The notes beneath the pieces were generated by a model. It was not told where the DNA came from, did not search any database, and was given only the letters and a program-made list of their open reading frames with translations. From Phoronis australis (taxonomy: Eukaryota > Animalia > Phoronida), in the NCBI GenBank assembly GCA_002633005.1, contig NMRA01000434.1, positions 281,464 to 345,463 of the forward strand: a DNA stretch of 64,000 nucleotides, given 5' to 3'. The translations under genes and the position numbers were made by a program. Shown piece by piece: positions 27,492 through 42,600 of the stretch (position 1 is its first letter; each line of letters starts with the position of its first letter).

Positions 27492-29820
27492 CACATCACC
27501 ACTGATGTGACCTGGGATCTCTTCTCATCTTAAGATTAACAAATACCAGTCTTGTTTTTGTTTAAGTTGTTCATTCAATTCACAGTGTATCTGTTCATTT
27601 TAATTTGTATTCTATGCTCTACTTTAGAACCAACTCAAGATTAGCATTCTTTATTTTGTGCTTGGGTACATTATGGTTTACTCTGAGGACTGTCTTGGCC
27701 AAGTTTCTACTTAATGACCCCCCAAATTCCAGATACAAACATGAACTTCAGATTTCGAGTTTAGGCTCAAACTTGTAACTTAAAAGTGGCAATAAATGTG
27801 TGTTCTGTGGAAAAAAATAAATTTTGATTTTGACAGCTCAACGCTATAAAATTGGTCTCAGCTGGGGCCAAGCCAACTTGTGGTTAGTTACTATTGTTTT
27901 TTGTGTGATGCAAGGTAGGGTTATAGCTGGTTTGAAGTTATGGGTCATAAAGTGTAAACTTGAATGAGACACTTATTCTGCATTACCTGTAAAAGTACTC
28001 AAACACAAATCAAATACATTTATTCTAAGTCTGTACTGAAGTAAAACAGGTTCATTTAAATGTGGAAGAGTTTAGAGATAGGATTTGAGACCAGGCCATG
28101 TCAGCATCTGAATGCACCGGGAGTCTTTCAAGCGTGGCTGTATTGAGGGACAGTGCTTTCCCAGGATTTCTCTTTTGATTTCCTAGGGGTATGTCGGAAG
28201 TTGTTAGCCGCATGCTATGAATACCTCTACAATGTCAGGGTGTGCAATAATATATGTGTGAAGCTAACCATAGTGAATGGTGAAGTGTGATTATTGCGAG
28301 ACAAATGTGACGATAAGCCCATAAGTTTGTATTTTGATTTGATTTTGTTGACTAAATCATGCTATTACCGTTAAATTCTTACAAAAGAACCCAGGCAGGA
28401 ATTTTCTACATCTATTAAGTTTGCTTATATTTAACCATCTTACAACAGTCTTCCAAGGTGTATATGATTTTAGATGTTGTTTTTTTATTCAGGCTATGTT
28501 TGTGTTTGTATGTGTGTGTTTGTCTTGTCTAGTTTATGACGCATGCCTCGATTTGTGCTGACTGTTAATTTTCACTCACTGGTCTTGTATAAAGCATTTT
28601 TATTCATCCATGACCGTTTCTTGGTCAGATCAATCCACAGCTGTGGGCATTATAGCTTGAACTGTCGCTGCTTTGTGTGATGTGGGCCATGATTTGATAT
28701 GTGGAGGCCATGATTTGGTTATTTAAGTGAAGTTAGCAAATGTTGGCATTTCCTTAAGTTTGTCGTGGTCTTTTTAATATTTATGTTCAGGCCAAAAAAG
28801 CAGTTGGTTATGGTTTATTCCTGTGCACACCGACTTAAGAAAAGTGTCCTCCAGTATCAATTTCAGGCTAGGTCAGCTATTTGTGTTTGAAAAGCTGCAC
28901 TAAGGCATGTAAGAAAGGTTTGAAATGCCAGGATTTGCTAAGTGATGATAGAAAATTTTTGATAATCTCAGGTGGATTTTCTTTTTTGAAGAAATAATAA
29001 CAAACCACCGTGTTTACAAAAAAACATACCAGAATCAATTATGCTTTTTTGGCCCAATCCTGGTCTATTTATTGGTTTCATTGTATCTTTGAGAGCTCAT
29101 AACTTAATCTATTTTCACCTGCTCTTAGTTGCACCTTAGACGTCGTGTACACTACCTGTGCAGTTTATTTCGTTTTCCCCCTTCTGTTCTTTGTCGATTT
29201 GATTTCGGTTTTAAACTGTACCAGTAGTTCATTACAATTTCACAATAATTTTACTTTGATTAAATTTGGCATTAAATCTAACCAATATTTATTATTATGA
29301 TTTCGCAATTATTTTACATTACGAAGTTGTTTTTTATTTAAGAAAATGAGTTTTACTGTTTAAGGGTGTAATATGGAAGGTAGGAAGACTGAACTGTGTC
29401 TCGAATGAATGTCAGTGACGTAGAATACAATCGTGTAGTTTTATTGTACAAATAATATACAGGAGTTTTAACTTAATCATGTTGTTTTAATTTTTAACCA
29501 GTAGACCATCAAAGTTGTTCAATGACTCAATTTCTTCTCTCATCTACAGTGTACACACAGTACCTGTTTGTAAACTAAAGCATTTACAGACTCAGGACTA
29601 TGGGACTACTTGTAAAAACTTAGTAGGCTCAGTTTGGCCTAAATTTGGTACTTCCAATGTCCAACCAGGCAAAGATAATGCCTATGCTTTTCTCCATGAA
29701 ATGGATCAATTCTTGTAGTACATGTTTTTATTTTCCACACTGGTGGTGATTTCATACACAAGTCCCAGTAATTTTCTTGCTCACAAATAAATGAAAAGTA
29801 AATTGAGCCAAATTCACAAT

Positions 29821-30224
29821 TTAAATTTGGAACTTGCACACTAATTCCTTATCTCTGTGATTGTGTGGTCAAATTAGAAACGCAACATACACTGACGATG
29901 TGAAAATGAATCGGGTTGAAAATTGACATGTTGTTAAGAAGAAGTTTTTGTCGAAATAATCCACTGTGAATCACTAAATGACCGTCTCCAGTAAGTATTG
30001 TGACATGGTGTTGAGGAATAACACTGCATAATGCAGGTTATGCGAGCCCCAAGGAACGTCATTAGTGCAAAGGTCACCTATTTTCAGAATTTTTGATTTT
30101 CACATCTACAAGTTGTTAATGAATACGACTGCACTTTGTTTAGCGTAGATGATGTTCAAATAGCATTGTCATTTAGTTCCTGCTATACATTAGCATAGTT
30201 AGGAGCATTCAAATACATCTTTAA
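29821..30224. mobile_element. TTAA-flanked non-autonomous DNA element (Kolobok-like), copy 1
   Basis: ttaa...ggaacttgcacac...aaatacatct-ttaa; ~400 bp, colinear with 42789-43194. Confidence 0.7.
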
Positions 30225-30672
30225 AGCAACTGCAAGTAGCAAAATTCAAACATTTCAAAATGAAACTAGTTTAAAATAAAATAAATTTTCAGTGAATACA
30301 CGTTTTATTATTACATAACACATGCTCACTCAATCTCAACAAATACAAAAATGATTTCTTCATAACAGCTGCTGAATATCTTCTTTCTCAAACATTTTGT
30401 TTGACCTTGAAAACACAGGCTACAATTTAGGAATGCTTGCTACATTCAATGGAAAACATGCTTCCAATTACGTAGATGAATTAAAACCACCCTACACTGT
30501 CAGTAACCCATAGGACAGTCAATGTTAGCTTTACTAAAGACGTCCCATTTGAGCATTCCATGCGTAAGCATACACATTTTAAAAAATTGGAATGTAAAAA
30601 TATCACATATAATCGACACATTCATAAAAGAAACGGAAGATTGCGCACAAAACCTAACAGCACACCACAGCA

Positions 30673-33600
30673 CTAGCTTAGGAATTTCTTGACACCAAAA
30701 GGGGGCGGAAGCGCCTTGTGAGGATTGAGTTTTTCATCATGGTTGGGAGAATTGGGAAGTGGTTGCAGTCGAGATGCGTGTGTTCCCATCTGATTGAGTG
30801 ACGGGGCACTCACATAGCGCTCAACTTGTCCGCGTTCACCTTTTTTCTTCTGTAAAAACAAAAGGCAATAATTCTAATTCATTGAAAAAGCAAAGGATAC
30901 TTAATGCAAAGATGACACAGGGTTGAGTCAGCAGGCTGTCTTGGTTTGACTTAAGTTAACCAAGGCATCATTATCAGAATCAAGAAAGTTGGTTTGTTAT
31001 ACTGTCTCTGGTACCGTATTCACCGTAATAACCGCCCACGGCGCTTAGAAAAGTTCGTTTTAGAAGGGGGCGCTTATTATAACCCAAGGCCGTTGAAACC
31101 CAGTCTGCGAAACGGGTGAAATCGGAAGCTAAGATTCATCATATTTACGCTCTGTGATGTATCTGTAATCTATGAAAGACTTTCTACAAAACCGTGGTGC
31201 ATTGCTATCAAACTTTGCTGCTAAATTACGATCGTTTTACAGAAAATTGTGCTGAAATCCCAGGGCGAAAACTCGCCGACTGCCTGCCTCGCAATCGTCA
31301 ATATGGCAACTTCAATGCTTGAATAGCACAGTTTTGACTCAAGCAAATTACCCTGATATCCTCCTTAAGTTTTCGAAGTAACGTCCCTAAGATTTTTAAG
31401 TTCCCGTGGAGTCGGGATCACGGCAGGTTTAAGAACAAATCTGTGCTACATCGTGCCATCTACGTGTATGATCGGCAACATGAGAAAAATGTCTGGACAA
31501 ACACACATGTTGTTGTCACGTGACGTTTGCTTTAAAGTTGCCTGTGTTTGTGAGTAAGCGAGCGCGTGCGTGTCACCAGAGTTCATTTGCCAGACCAGAG
31601 ACTGTCTTTCGGCCAGAGCCACAAAATCTAACAAGCTAGATGTGCATTGTGTCTAAAGAAATTGCACAAGCAGTAGGTCTAAACCAGTGCGTGTTTCATT
31701 CAGCACTTGCCGGTCTCATGTGCTAAAAACGTTCAACATTTGTCTCGGTAAGGCCATATTAGTCGCCGTGTGGCTGGATGCGTACGTGACTATCTGACAC
31801 TTATTTTTCGGTGTAAGGGTGTGTAAGCATTCACTGTCAGTGGTCATTTTATCGGATATTTGGCTTAAAAACACCAATTGATCTATCGCAAGGTTCGCCT
31901 CTAAGCGAAAAGTCACGTGATACCCGACATCCGAACGAGATGTCAGAGGCAAATACACTGTCGCTAAACGACGTTCCTGGTGAAATCGATGAGTGTTTTT
32001 GCACTATTTGAAAACGCATCGACAGAAACAAGAGGCGATGCTTTTCAACAGTGAATCGTACGTTCATGATATGGGAATTTGTAAAGGTGACGATGAAAAA
32101 ATAAGTGCTCGGGGAGCCAGAGAAAATCGGAAGAACCCCGGCGTCGGGGCCACCTTCACCTGACAAATGACAAGGCCACTGATACGATATGTTCATGTAA
32201 GGCTGGGTATGTACCTTAAAGTCGAATTATCTGTACGATTCCATAGATTTCACGATCTTTCGAATAAAATCAGTGAAGATTCACCGATATTTTTATTCTG
32301 TCGTCTGCTAAATTTCGCCGAATGAAAAGTAGGTCACAATTGGTGGGACTCCTGGAGTAAAGTAGGTCATAGATTACAGACAACACATGCACTATAGTCT
32401 CTGACTAGATCAACTCAATAGCTTTTCTAATCTTGTCACGAAATATTTTGATAAAAAAAATTCAGGTTCATAGCTCAGGTACACACTCATCTCGTCCTGG
32501 GCAAACAATTAGCTCCGGTAGCCTAGGTCTAGGGCTGTGTCTAAGTAAAATTAATGTCTGGAATTCAGTCAGTGGCGGATCTAGGATACCTCAGGGGGGC
32601 CCAACATATGTTGCCTCGTGGAATTGGGCAAAGTGCGATTGTATGTGCACAGGCGGCCCGAAAGTTGCAGGGGCCAGGGATGTAGACCGTTGGACCTTCT
32701 GTTCAGAAAATCTATCGGTGGACAAAAAAAAAANACAGCTCGACCAAGGCTTTGAGTTCCGGCAGTAATCCAGTGTCCTTCCCTGTGCCGATTGAATCTC
32801 TGAATTTTGACCGGGAGAGAAGTTCAGCTGAACGCCAGCTTACGGTTTATGAATAACAAAAATGTACCTCTGATACGAATCAAAATAATGTCCATTAGGT
32901 TGAAATAAATAAAAAACATATAATAAAAATGTCCTTAAAAACAACAATTTCCAGGGACTGTCGCTGGAGTGCTGAGATCCAGCAGGTGCCGAGACAAAGG
33001 CGGCCAGACGTAGCCAACTGGGGAGTCAAAATCTGAGATAGCCCTGCACCGTAGCCACCACGCTGAAAAGTGCGTATCTAGGAACTAATATATATGTTTA
33101 TTATAGCCTTTGAGTTATCAAGCAACATCGGTAAGTTCAGCTGCTCGTCTGGCCGTACAGTTTGATCCATAGTTTACGCTTTTCAACATCATTTTTCGGC
33201 TTAGAACATGCCAAGAAATGACGGGATATTATTCTGGAGCAGCATAACGGCTGTCGGTGCTACACACGCCATATCAACACCGTTCCCCCATTCTTAGCGG
33301 ACAATCTCTTGAGCTATAGACTAAAGTAAGTTTTACTCGACTATGTGTGGTTTGTCGGGTAAAATGGCGTCTTGAAAACGTAGACGAAGGTGTGCCAAGA
33401 ATGCTTTGTTCTCATTGGTCAATTAAGCCATCCTTCATAATCCTGGCGATAGGTCAATTATGGTTAATCAAACAATTCGTCTTAAAAATAACGCAAACAT
33501 TTTTTTATAGTATGAGCAACTGTCAGAAATTAGTGCCAATATTCATTTCTTGCCGATGCTATTCTACCCGTTTCATGAATGGATAGTTTCCGACTAATGC

Positions 33601-36600
33601 CTTTGATGATAGGTTCATGTATTCTATATAGTGCGCGCTTCCTGGCCACGTGCTTTTAACACTGGCCAAGCTTTTTATTAGTCTTCGATTCACGGTTTTC
33701 ACGTGTAGGCCAACAAAGAAATTTGGATTCCTGTTGAAAGCGGGAAATATCTACAAAGCAATCCCGTAGACAAGTACACTACTTCTGTTCTGAAAGGCCA
33801 GACCATTGGTCCTCACAATATCAGCAGAACTTTTGTGTTCGTTTTGAGGCATGACGGAAGTTTGAAGTGTATAGTCACGGCTAAATACCGACATAGCGAC
33901 GAGGCTCGTGGTCTACAAATTCTGCGCACAAGGATTTTTTTCAGTACTGTCGGATATTATTGATAAATTGAAGACGTTACTGTAGAATTTTAGGACTGTA
34001 GGTAAGGCATTTTTCACATGTACACGTTCATGGACTGGGCGCTTATTTTAGCAAAGTCTGAAAACGCATGGAGAGTGCTTATAGGGGCATGGGCGGTTAT
34101 TACGGCGAATACAGTATACGGGACAGAAATATGTTAATTCCGCACAAACATGATGTAATACTAATATCAAGAGTTAATATAACACTTAATACTATGAAAC
34201 TACACTTTGCCATGAATCGTTGCTTCAAACAGTAAAATTTGAAAAAATTGCAAAGTACAACTGGCACCTTGTTTATACTGAATAACTGGACCCTGATAAC
34301 CGTTAACTGTTTCCATCCATGAACATTTTGACATCATTATTCAACAAACTAAAGACGGTATATCAATACATGGTTGTGACAGGTCAGCTCACCTTCATTA
34401 AAGGATTAAGAACTCCCACTTTAGGGTCCCCTGTGAACACTTTGTTAAAGTTTGTCTCTCGGTTGACCAGCTCCATTTGGTAGAACTTCTTATCATCCTG
34501 TAACAACAATAGCATTATACTATACCACAACAAAAGCATGACAACCATCGACTTATTGACAGAATGAAAGTTTATACTTGGCGCTGTAACATAGTATAGG
34601 GGACAGAGTAGTTACCTACCAGTGACTTGTTTGTGTTTGCGGACCCAGCTATCGAGCCTGTCCTGGGCTTTTTGTCGGGGTACTGGCGGAAACCTTCGTG
34701 TCACATGGTCACCAGTGGGTGGTCCATGGTGGTTATCCAACAATACTGGAGGCTATTACTTGTGAGGAGGCGCTGGTTCATAGGTGGTAATTCAAAATCT
34801 GTCTTTTCTGTTCAATTTTTTCCCTCATTAATATTGTTAATATTGCTGGGCTCAGGGTGTAGATAGTGGTCACAAAGTAGGTGCAGTATTTTTGGATTTT
34901 AAAAAAGCTTTTGATCTCGTTGATCACAATATACTTCTAAGCAAATTGTTAATTTACAAGGTGGGCAAGGTCTCCCTAGACTGGTTTAAATCATATCTCT
35001 CAGAGAGGTGCCAGGTTGTATCCCTTGGTGGACATCTGTCTGTGTCCCGAGGTATCACACACGGTGTTCCCCAGGGATCCATTCTGGGACCTCTGCTGTT
35101 TTTACTTTTTATAAATGATCGGTTGACATGTATGTAGATGATACTACTTTGTCTGTTATGGCAAACTCGCTGATCGCTGTAAAGGACAGACTCCAGTCTG
35201 ATCTGGATAAGGTTGCTACCAGGTGTACTGATAATAAAATGGTAATTAATGCTGAAAAAACAAAATGTATGAGTAGTGCCTCAAAGCAACGGCATAGTAG
35301 AAGTAATCTTGAGCTTAACCTTGCTATTTCCAATGTACGCCTCAAATATGTTGACAGTGAAAAGTTATTAGGTGTTACTGTAGACAAGACCATCAGCTGG
35401 TCTAGCCATATAAATGGGACTGTGTCCAAAATTAGGCAGCGACTTGGTCTTCTCCGGCGTGTATCACCATTTCTTCCCACAGAAGGGCGTCTGCAATATT
35501 TTAGCACTTGTGTATTCCCTCTGTTTGTTTATTGTAGTACAGTGTGGTCAGGATGCAATGCAAAATTAGTTTCCTCTTTATTGAAGGCTCAGAAGCAGGT
35601 GGCCAGACTTGTTCTAGGTGTGCCTTTTGACACTCCGCCAACTCATATGTTTAATAGACTGGGGTGGCTCTCTATTGACAAATATTTTATATACAGGCGT
35701 CTGTGTATGATGCATAGGTGCTTTCACGGTAATGTACCGACTTATCTATCTCGTAATCTCGTACCAGATCAGGACAAGATTTTCTGCCTCAAACAATTTG
35801 GTTTTGCCCAGACACAGAACACCGTTTTATTCTAATTCCTTCTTTATTCAGACCATCCAACAGTGGAACAATTTGCCTAATAGTCTTAAGGATGCTGACT
35901 GTTATGATAATTTCAGACACCACCTCATCAGTTACTTGTGGTCATCATAAATGTCCCTCCTTTTTGTCTTTCCAATATATTTACCAAAAATTTTTATTTA
36001 ATCTATTTATTTATCTTTAATTTAATTTGTTAATCCAATTTGTAAATGCTATTTTATTTAATGTATCTTAATGTATCTTATTGTATCTTAATTTAATCTG
36101 TTTATCTAACTTAATTTAATTAATTTAATTTCTTGCTGCAGAGGACCATGCTGGATATTAGCCTTTGGATAAAGCATGTTTTAAATTTATTGTATTTTTA
36201 TCCTCTTTAAATAAAGTTTATTATTATTATTATCATTATTTTTTTAGTCTGGTGCCTACATTCCAAGCAGTCTAACCAAAATATTTGGTAGGACAATCTG
36301 GACATTCAATCATGTATATCACCCCGCTTTTCTTGTTGTCATCCGACTTGGCGACCACGCGACACGAAAATTACCGCCAGTACCCTGACAGAGGGTCCAG
36401 GATGGGCTCGTAAGCAAGTTTCACAAATACAAACAGGTCGTTGACAGGTAACTACTCTATTCCCTAAATCAATTTATCGTTATTTCTCAACTATCTTGAA
36501 TTTCTCTTTAATGCAGAACATCAATAAACTCAAACAGAATACCCTACAAACTCACAGACCAATTGCTTCAAATTAATGCACAATTTTACAAAATGAACTT

Positions 36601-39600
36601 ATTTGCACAACACTACTTTAAACATTGACCATCAACAATGAAGAAGCACGTAATCAAATCATAACAAAATGCCAGTAAAAAAACCTGTTAACCTGTGATT
36701 AATCATGGTCACAACCAAAACTCTTCATAAGGATCATAGGACATAAAGTAGAGGTCATAACCGCAGTAGAGTCAGCAAATGGTTCACACAATTTTCACGT
36801 TCTAACTCGTAGAACAGTAAACATCACTCGGCCAATATCACAGTACCTACCAGTAATTTCTTCATTTCCATTGCCCTCTCCTCCACTGCCTGCTGTAGCT
36901 CAGCTATCCTCTCTATGTCCTCAGGACGCGACTCACGGTTGCGGTACCTGTCCTCAGCCTCTTCCAACCTGAAGGAAATAATGCATATGCCACATTTTGA
37001 AGAAAATGTTTAATACCACACTCGTATGGGTTTATGCCCAGGGTGTTGACAGTAAGCTTAGCATGGGTGTTTTGCAAAGTCAGGGTGGGAGTTTACACAT
37101 AAACTTAATTCCTGTAAATGCATCATACTCATGCAAGTCACTTATTATATACAGTACAACATCAAATAATCGGACAAAATACAATTTTCCAGCCATGACA
37201 GCAAATTCTGTTAACACTAAAAAGTAGCGATAATAACGAGGTTGGAAATTTTAGTTAAAGAATGGCTTGGCCACTTTACTAACTTTCCAGTTAATTCCCC
37301 TTCACTCTTCGTCACGAGAGAGAAGACTACTTAGACAATGAATTTGGCTTCTGCCCCACCGCCATAACGGGATTTTGGGTCATTTTGTCCAACTACTTTT
37401 GGCTTGTACTATAGTGCAAAGTGCACCCGAAACTGTAGACGTTCATTTCTCTATGGTAAGCATGTTTTGAACAATTTGGGTTCACACGAGACGGGCGTTC
37501 ACAAACACACAGAACCTTTCAAGGGAGTATCTATGTATAAATTGAGACTGGGCGGTAAACCGATCGTGGGCATTTAAAAGCGAAAATTTAGCATCGTAAC
37601 CAAGACAATTACAGTATATATCAGGCATAACTAAAACATTGTTTCTCTCTGCTTGTCGGCCTGCAAAATATGTGTGCAATTCAAAATATTTTATTTGCAT
37701 TCTGAGAAACCTTTTTTCAATTTTTAAATGAAAATGCTGTTGCAATAGAAAATAATGTAGCCTGCCAATGAATAGTTGCAAGTGTAAACAATTGCCCGCA
37801 TGGGTACCTGAATGAAAACTATATCTAAAACCTGCAAAACTTTTGACAATGTGACTGCACAAGTCTATTCCAATGTACGGGTCAAAATCATGTCATAATA
37901 GTGCCAAACACGTCATCATTAAACATCAATCCCCAAATCCACGTGTGTCAACTAATTCAGACTGTCCACAAATTAAGCAGCTTTTTCACCAATTAAACAG
38001 GATTGCTCACATCACAACTGAACAGTGCCCTCCGATATATTGATAACAGGACTTGTAGAGCTTTCCTGAACAAATTCAGCACAGACACTTTTTGGGGCTG
38101 TTTTTCTAAGCTATAGTTGACCTACATGAACTGAAGTGCAGATATCTTGTCCTTGAGCAGTTCCTGTGCCCTGTTAAACTCTTCCAACATCTGCTGTGTC
38201 TCTGACAGATGGTCGTGGTTCAAGTGATCCACCTCGGCCCTATGTTGGTGAGCCAGCTGTTCCTCTTGCTTTCTGTAATGATCACCAGAGGGCAGTAATG
38301 TATCAACAGGTTAATTCCAAACGTAGATAAACAGGCTATAAGAGTAGGTCACAACTCACTGAATTTATGGAGAAATTTATCAAATCTTGTCACGGTAGGC
38401 TATCAATTACTAAGTTTCTCTGCGCCAACTTGTTATAAGATCTAATGTCTTCACAGAACTAGTCAACATCTATCTGTTGCTTTCCACCCATGCAACTCAA
38501 CTTATTAAGCAAAGGTTCAAGCACTGACTGACAGTCAGACATGACTAGGAACATGAGTAAGAAACAACTTGAGTCTAGTGGTATAGTACATAGAAGAATT
38601 TGACAGATGGCAGGTGCACAGCAACTATAAACACAATGCAGACATATGAAAAGTGAAGGGATTTTGTGTGAGCAATTTTAACACATTCGAGGTTCAGACT
38701 AATCTTCAGTCCAGCCATAACAAATAACAAACAACAAACATAACACTGGCCAACACATCATTTCTCCCTCACTCCAATCTTCATATCCCATAATTCCTCA
38801 CCCCCTACTCACCTCAACGCCTGCGTTGCCTCACTCCGCACCTTCAGTATCTCCCTTCCCTTCTCCATCACCTCCTTGGCAGTTGCCTCCAGTTCTTTCT
38901 CCTTTTTCTTCACCTCTTCATCCAGGTTGCTGATGTGACGTTCGCGTCGTCCTATCTCTTCTTTCATTTCACTAATCTTCATCTCGTGATCTTTCTCCTA
39001 CATTCAATCAGTACACCAACCCCAATTAGCTGTAATGACTACAGCAGTGTTTACTAATTAAAATCAAATGCAAATGGTGCAGCCAATTGGCACATCTATT
39101 GATCCTGGGAGATGACTTCATAAGAATTAACATTAGCAGTATTCACCACTAGTCTGCTAAAATGCCAAAGAATAAAGTCATTAGAAATCTGCCAATGCCC
39201 ACTTACCTGTTCAAAGATTTAGGAAATGTCACTGATCAGATAAAAACACTAATAATAATAGTGATTCCAGTATTTAGAACACTCAAAATTCAAATACGTC
39301 CATGTTTGATACTGGCAGAAAATTTTTGTTGATTAATCACTTTGTCCAACAAACTTAGCTTGAGGTCGGACTTGTAAATTGATAATTTGTGAGGCAAACT
39401 CGCAGTTCGTGAATTGAGGAGTCAAGTTCTCTATAAAGTTTGGCCATCTTTTCTTCCTCGTGAACTTTAAAACCAATCTCAAAGATGAAACCACACAGTG
39501 TAGAGTTGAAGACACTCTTTATGTGAAAGAGCCCCACCTTGTGTCTACTGATCTCCATAGCCCGATCCAGCTCCATCCTAGCTGCAGCCATTTGTGTGGT

Positions 39601-42600
39601 GTGCGCCCTCTTGTGTTGGTCTAACTCCTGTTCATGTTGGCTTGATAGGTCCAATTTCAGCTTCTCTGGAAATACACATTATCGAAACACTTTAATTCAT
39701 TGAATGAACATACATTTTCATGTAGGGCCAATACACTGAAGGTCTCTACAAACCAAACTTTAAGTACGATATCATGTCAAAATTTAATATAATAGCTTTC
39801 CTATTTTGGTCTGTGTATGTAAATAGATGCCCAAGAATCCTTAACAATAAGCCTTCTACTTTAGGATTCACAGCATCTTAAATAAAACTAACCTACCACA
39901 GTCTACTCAAACAACATTCTCGTTGTACTAACCTATTACTTCCATGTGTTTCTTTTCCAAGCTCGTAACTTCTTTCTCCTTCACCATCTCAGCCTGTTCT
40001 CGTATACTGTCCACTGTCAGTCGGTGTGCTGTCATTTGCGCTTGCATGTCCTCTAGATGTCGCTGCCGCAGGGTCTGTTCACTCTCCTGCATTTGTGGAA
40101 TAACAACAAAACAGTATGAGCAGATGACTTCACCAGCTATGCTACAAACTAAGATCAATTGACATGATAAAAGTGGCCTTCAACCTGCATTCCGTTCAGG
40201 AACAAAACTTTAAACCACTCACTGCAACAAAATTCATCTCAACTAATTGTCTTGTTCTGTACTCAGGTGCAAAGAGATTTCTGGGTTTGCATTAAACAGT
40301 TCCTGATTTTCTTAGACCTTGTTTGGCACATAAAATAACACGCCATGACAAGTCAACTTTCTGAGCCTGATCTCTAACAATAATGAGCTTAGTGATACGT
40401 GGTTTAAATAAAAGTATTTTTGTAATGGAAGGCAAATTTATAGCCACTTTATATAGAATGTATGGTAATTTGAAAGCGATTTACTTAGAAAATAATGTCC
40501 AAGTTATCAACAGCTTTGCCTTACCATCTTTTCCTTATCCTTCACTTCCTCCAGTTTAGATAGTTTCTCTGCTTGACTCCTCTCCATCGATGCAATTTTC
40601 TCCGCATACTCATCTGCCGATTCTAGCATCTTTTCTAGTAGACGTTTGTTCTCTGCTTCAAGCTCACGACGCAGGTGATCCAAATCTTCAGATGCCTTTG
40701 AGTTCTGACTGTTCATCATGTTCTTCAGAGCAGATATCTACAACATCAGGAATGAGAATACCATGAACTTTACAGGAAACTACCACTAATCTGACAAAAG
40801 ATTTAGGGGAAGGTCTGGCAAGCATCGTTTCAGAATCACAACTAGCTGCTTTCCACTTGGAATTTGAACATTCATGGCCATATCACAACCGGATGGAAAA
40901 TTTCATCCCCACTCCTCCACCCACCATCCTTCAGTATTATCAGTTTTTATTACTAGCCTTCCTTTAGCCCCACCTTTCTACTTGGTCTTTTATTATCCCC
41001 ACCCACCTCCTACATCAGCTCTATATCCTCAATCCTCCAGTTGCAATCCTTCAGTACCATCAGTTTTCATTTCTAGCCTTCCTTTAGCCCCACCTTACTA
41101 CTTGTCTCCAATTAGCTCCGCCTACCTGCTGCATGAGCTCTACCTCCACACACCTCTAGCTGCTATCCTTCAGTACCATCAGTTTTTACTAGCCTTCCTT
41201 TAGCCCCACCCTTCTACTTGTCTCCAATTAGCTCCACCCACCTGCTGCATGAGCTCTACCTCCACACACCTCTAGCTGCTATCCTTCAGTACCATCAGTT
41301 TTTACTAGCCTTCCTTTAGCTCCGCCTACCTACTGCATCAGATCAAGCTCCCTAGGTTTCCAATTCTCCCTTTCTAACATCATTTATTACTACCAGTTTA
41401 ACCCACTAACCACATCGGTTCCGCCTCCATTTGCCACTGTCCCTTCACAGTCAAAATTAGTGCCAGTCTGTTAATAGCCCCACCCACCTGCTTCATCAGC
41501 TCGGCCTCCTTAATCTTCCATCCATCCCTCACTGAAGTCAATTCATCCTCTTTCAGTCTCGTCAGCTGCTCCATTGCTGCCCTGCGGTCCTCATCCTTCT
41601 GAGCCGTCACATCACGTCGTAGCTTCTCACACTCCCGTCTCAGCGTCTCAGTCCACTTGGCATCCAAGTCTTGACCAAGCTGATCAAGCTTTGACTTGAG
41701 CTCGACACGCGATTCTTCCATTTTCTCATTGTGCAGCTTCAACTGTTTGTCTAATTCAGTCTAGAAAAGTTAAATGTGTAAAACACTGTTGACTGGTATG
41801 TTCAGTTTTTGTCAAAATCTCAATGTTTTATTGCGATCGCGTTTGGTTTCCTTCAAAATCTAACTTGTCCATGGTAACTTGTATTGGTGTCAAAGCTACT
41901 CTTTCCTTTTTTACAACACTTAACAACATATAATGCATGAGTCATGTCAACCACAACATATCACTAAAACAGGAATATGTCACAAAGTGCATTCCTGCAT
42001 GTATTTATGGTTTCTACTAAAGGGAAGTCAGGTGTACCGTTAGAAGCTAGAAAAGTACAACTTTTCTACTAAATATTTGCTTACTTCCGCATCGTGCTGA
42101 AACAGGGTTATTTGAGGATAAATTTTGACTACACTGGTTTGCACTGAAGTTTATGTAGTGCCAGTGTCTTAACAATGGCAGAAAGACAAACTGACTGTGT
42201 CAGACCAAAATGACAAAATAATGCATCTCCTCTGATGCACAGGTCAAGTTCACTCTTTCTTTGTGGCAAGCATACCACACAGAAACAGAAACAACTACAT
42301 GTAGTTTGTGAAGTGTTTCACAAACTTTGAAACCTGAAAAAACTTGAAATCAACGCGTTGCTACTGAAGGCAGGTTAACTTCCAAACTTGAGAGAACTCA
42401 AAATTCAGGCAGTGGCAAGCATGGAAATGTGCATTCCTGCATGTATTTATGGTTTCTACTAAAGGGAAGTCAGGTGTACCGTTAGAAGTCAAGTGTTGGT
42501 ATTAAGATAACGTAATGGTAGAGTCGCTCACACAAATGCTATCACCATTTTTAAGTACAAGTAGAATAAGACTGTACATGAGCCAAAAGAACCATCAAAG

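Noticed and set aside
35128-35835. Active reverse transcriptase gene
   Set aside because: 5'-truncated and frameshifted on both sides; a dead LINE copy.
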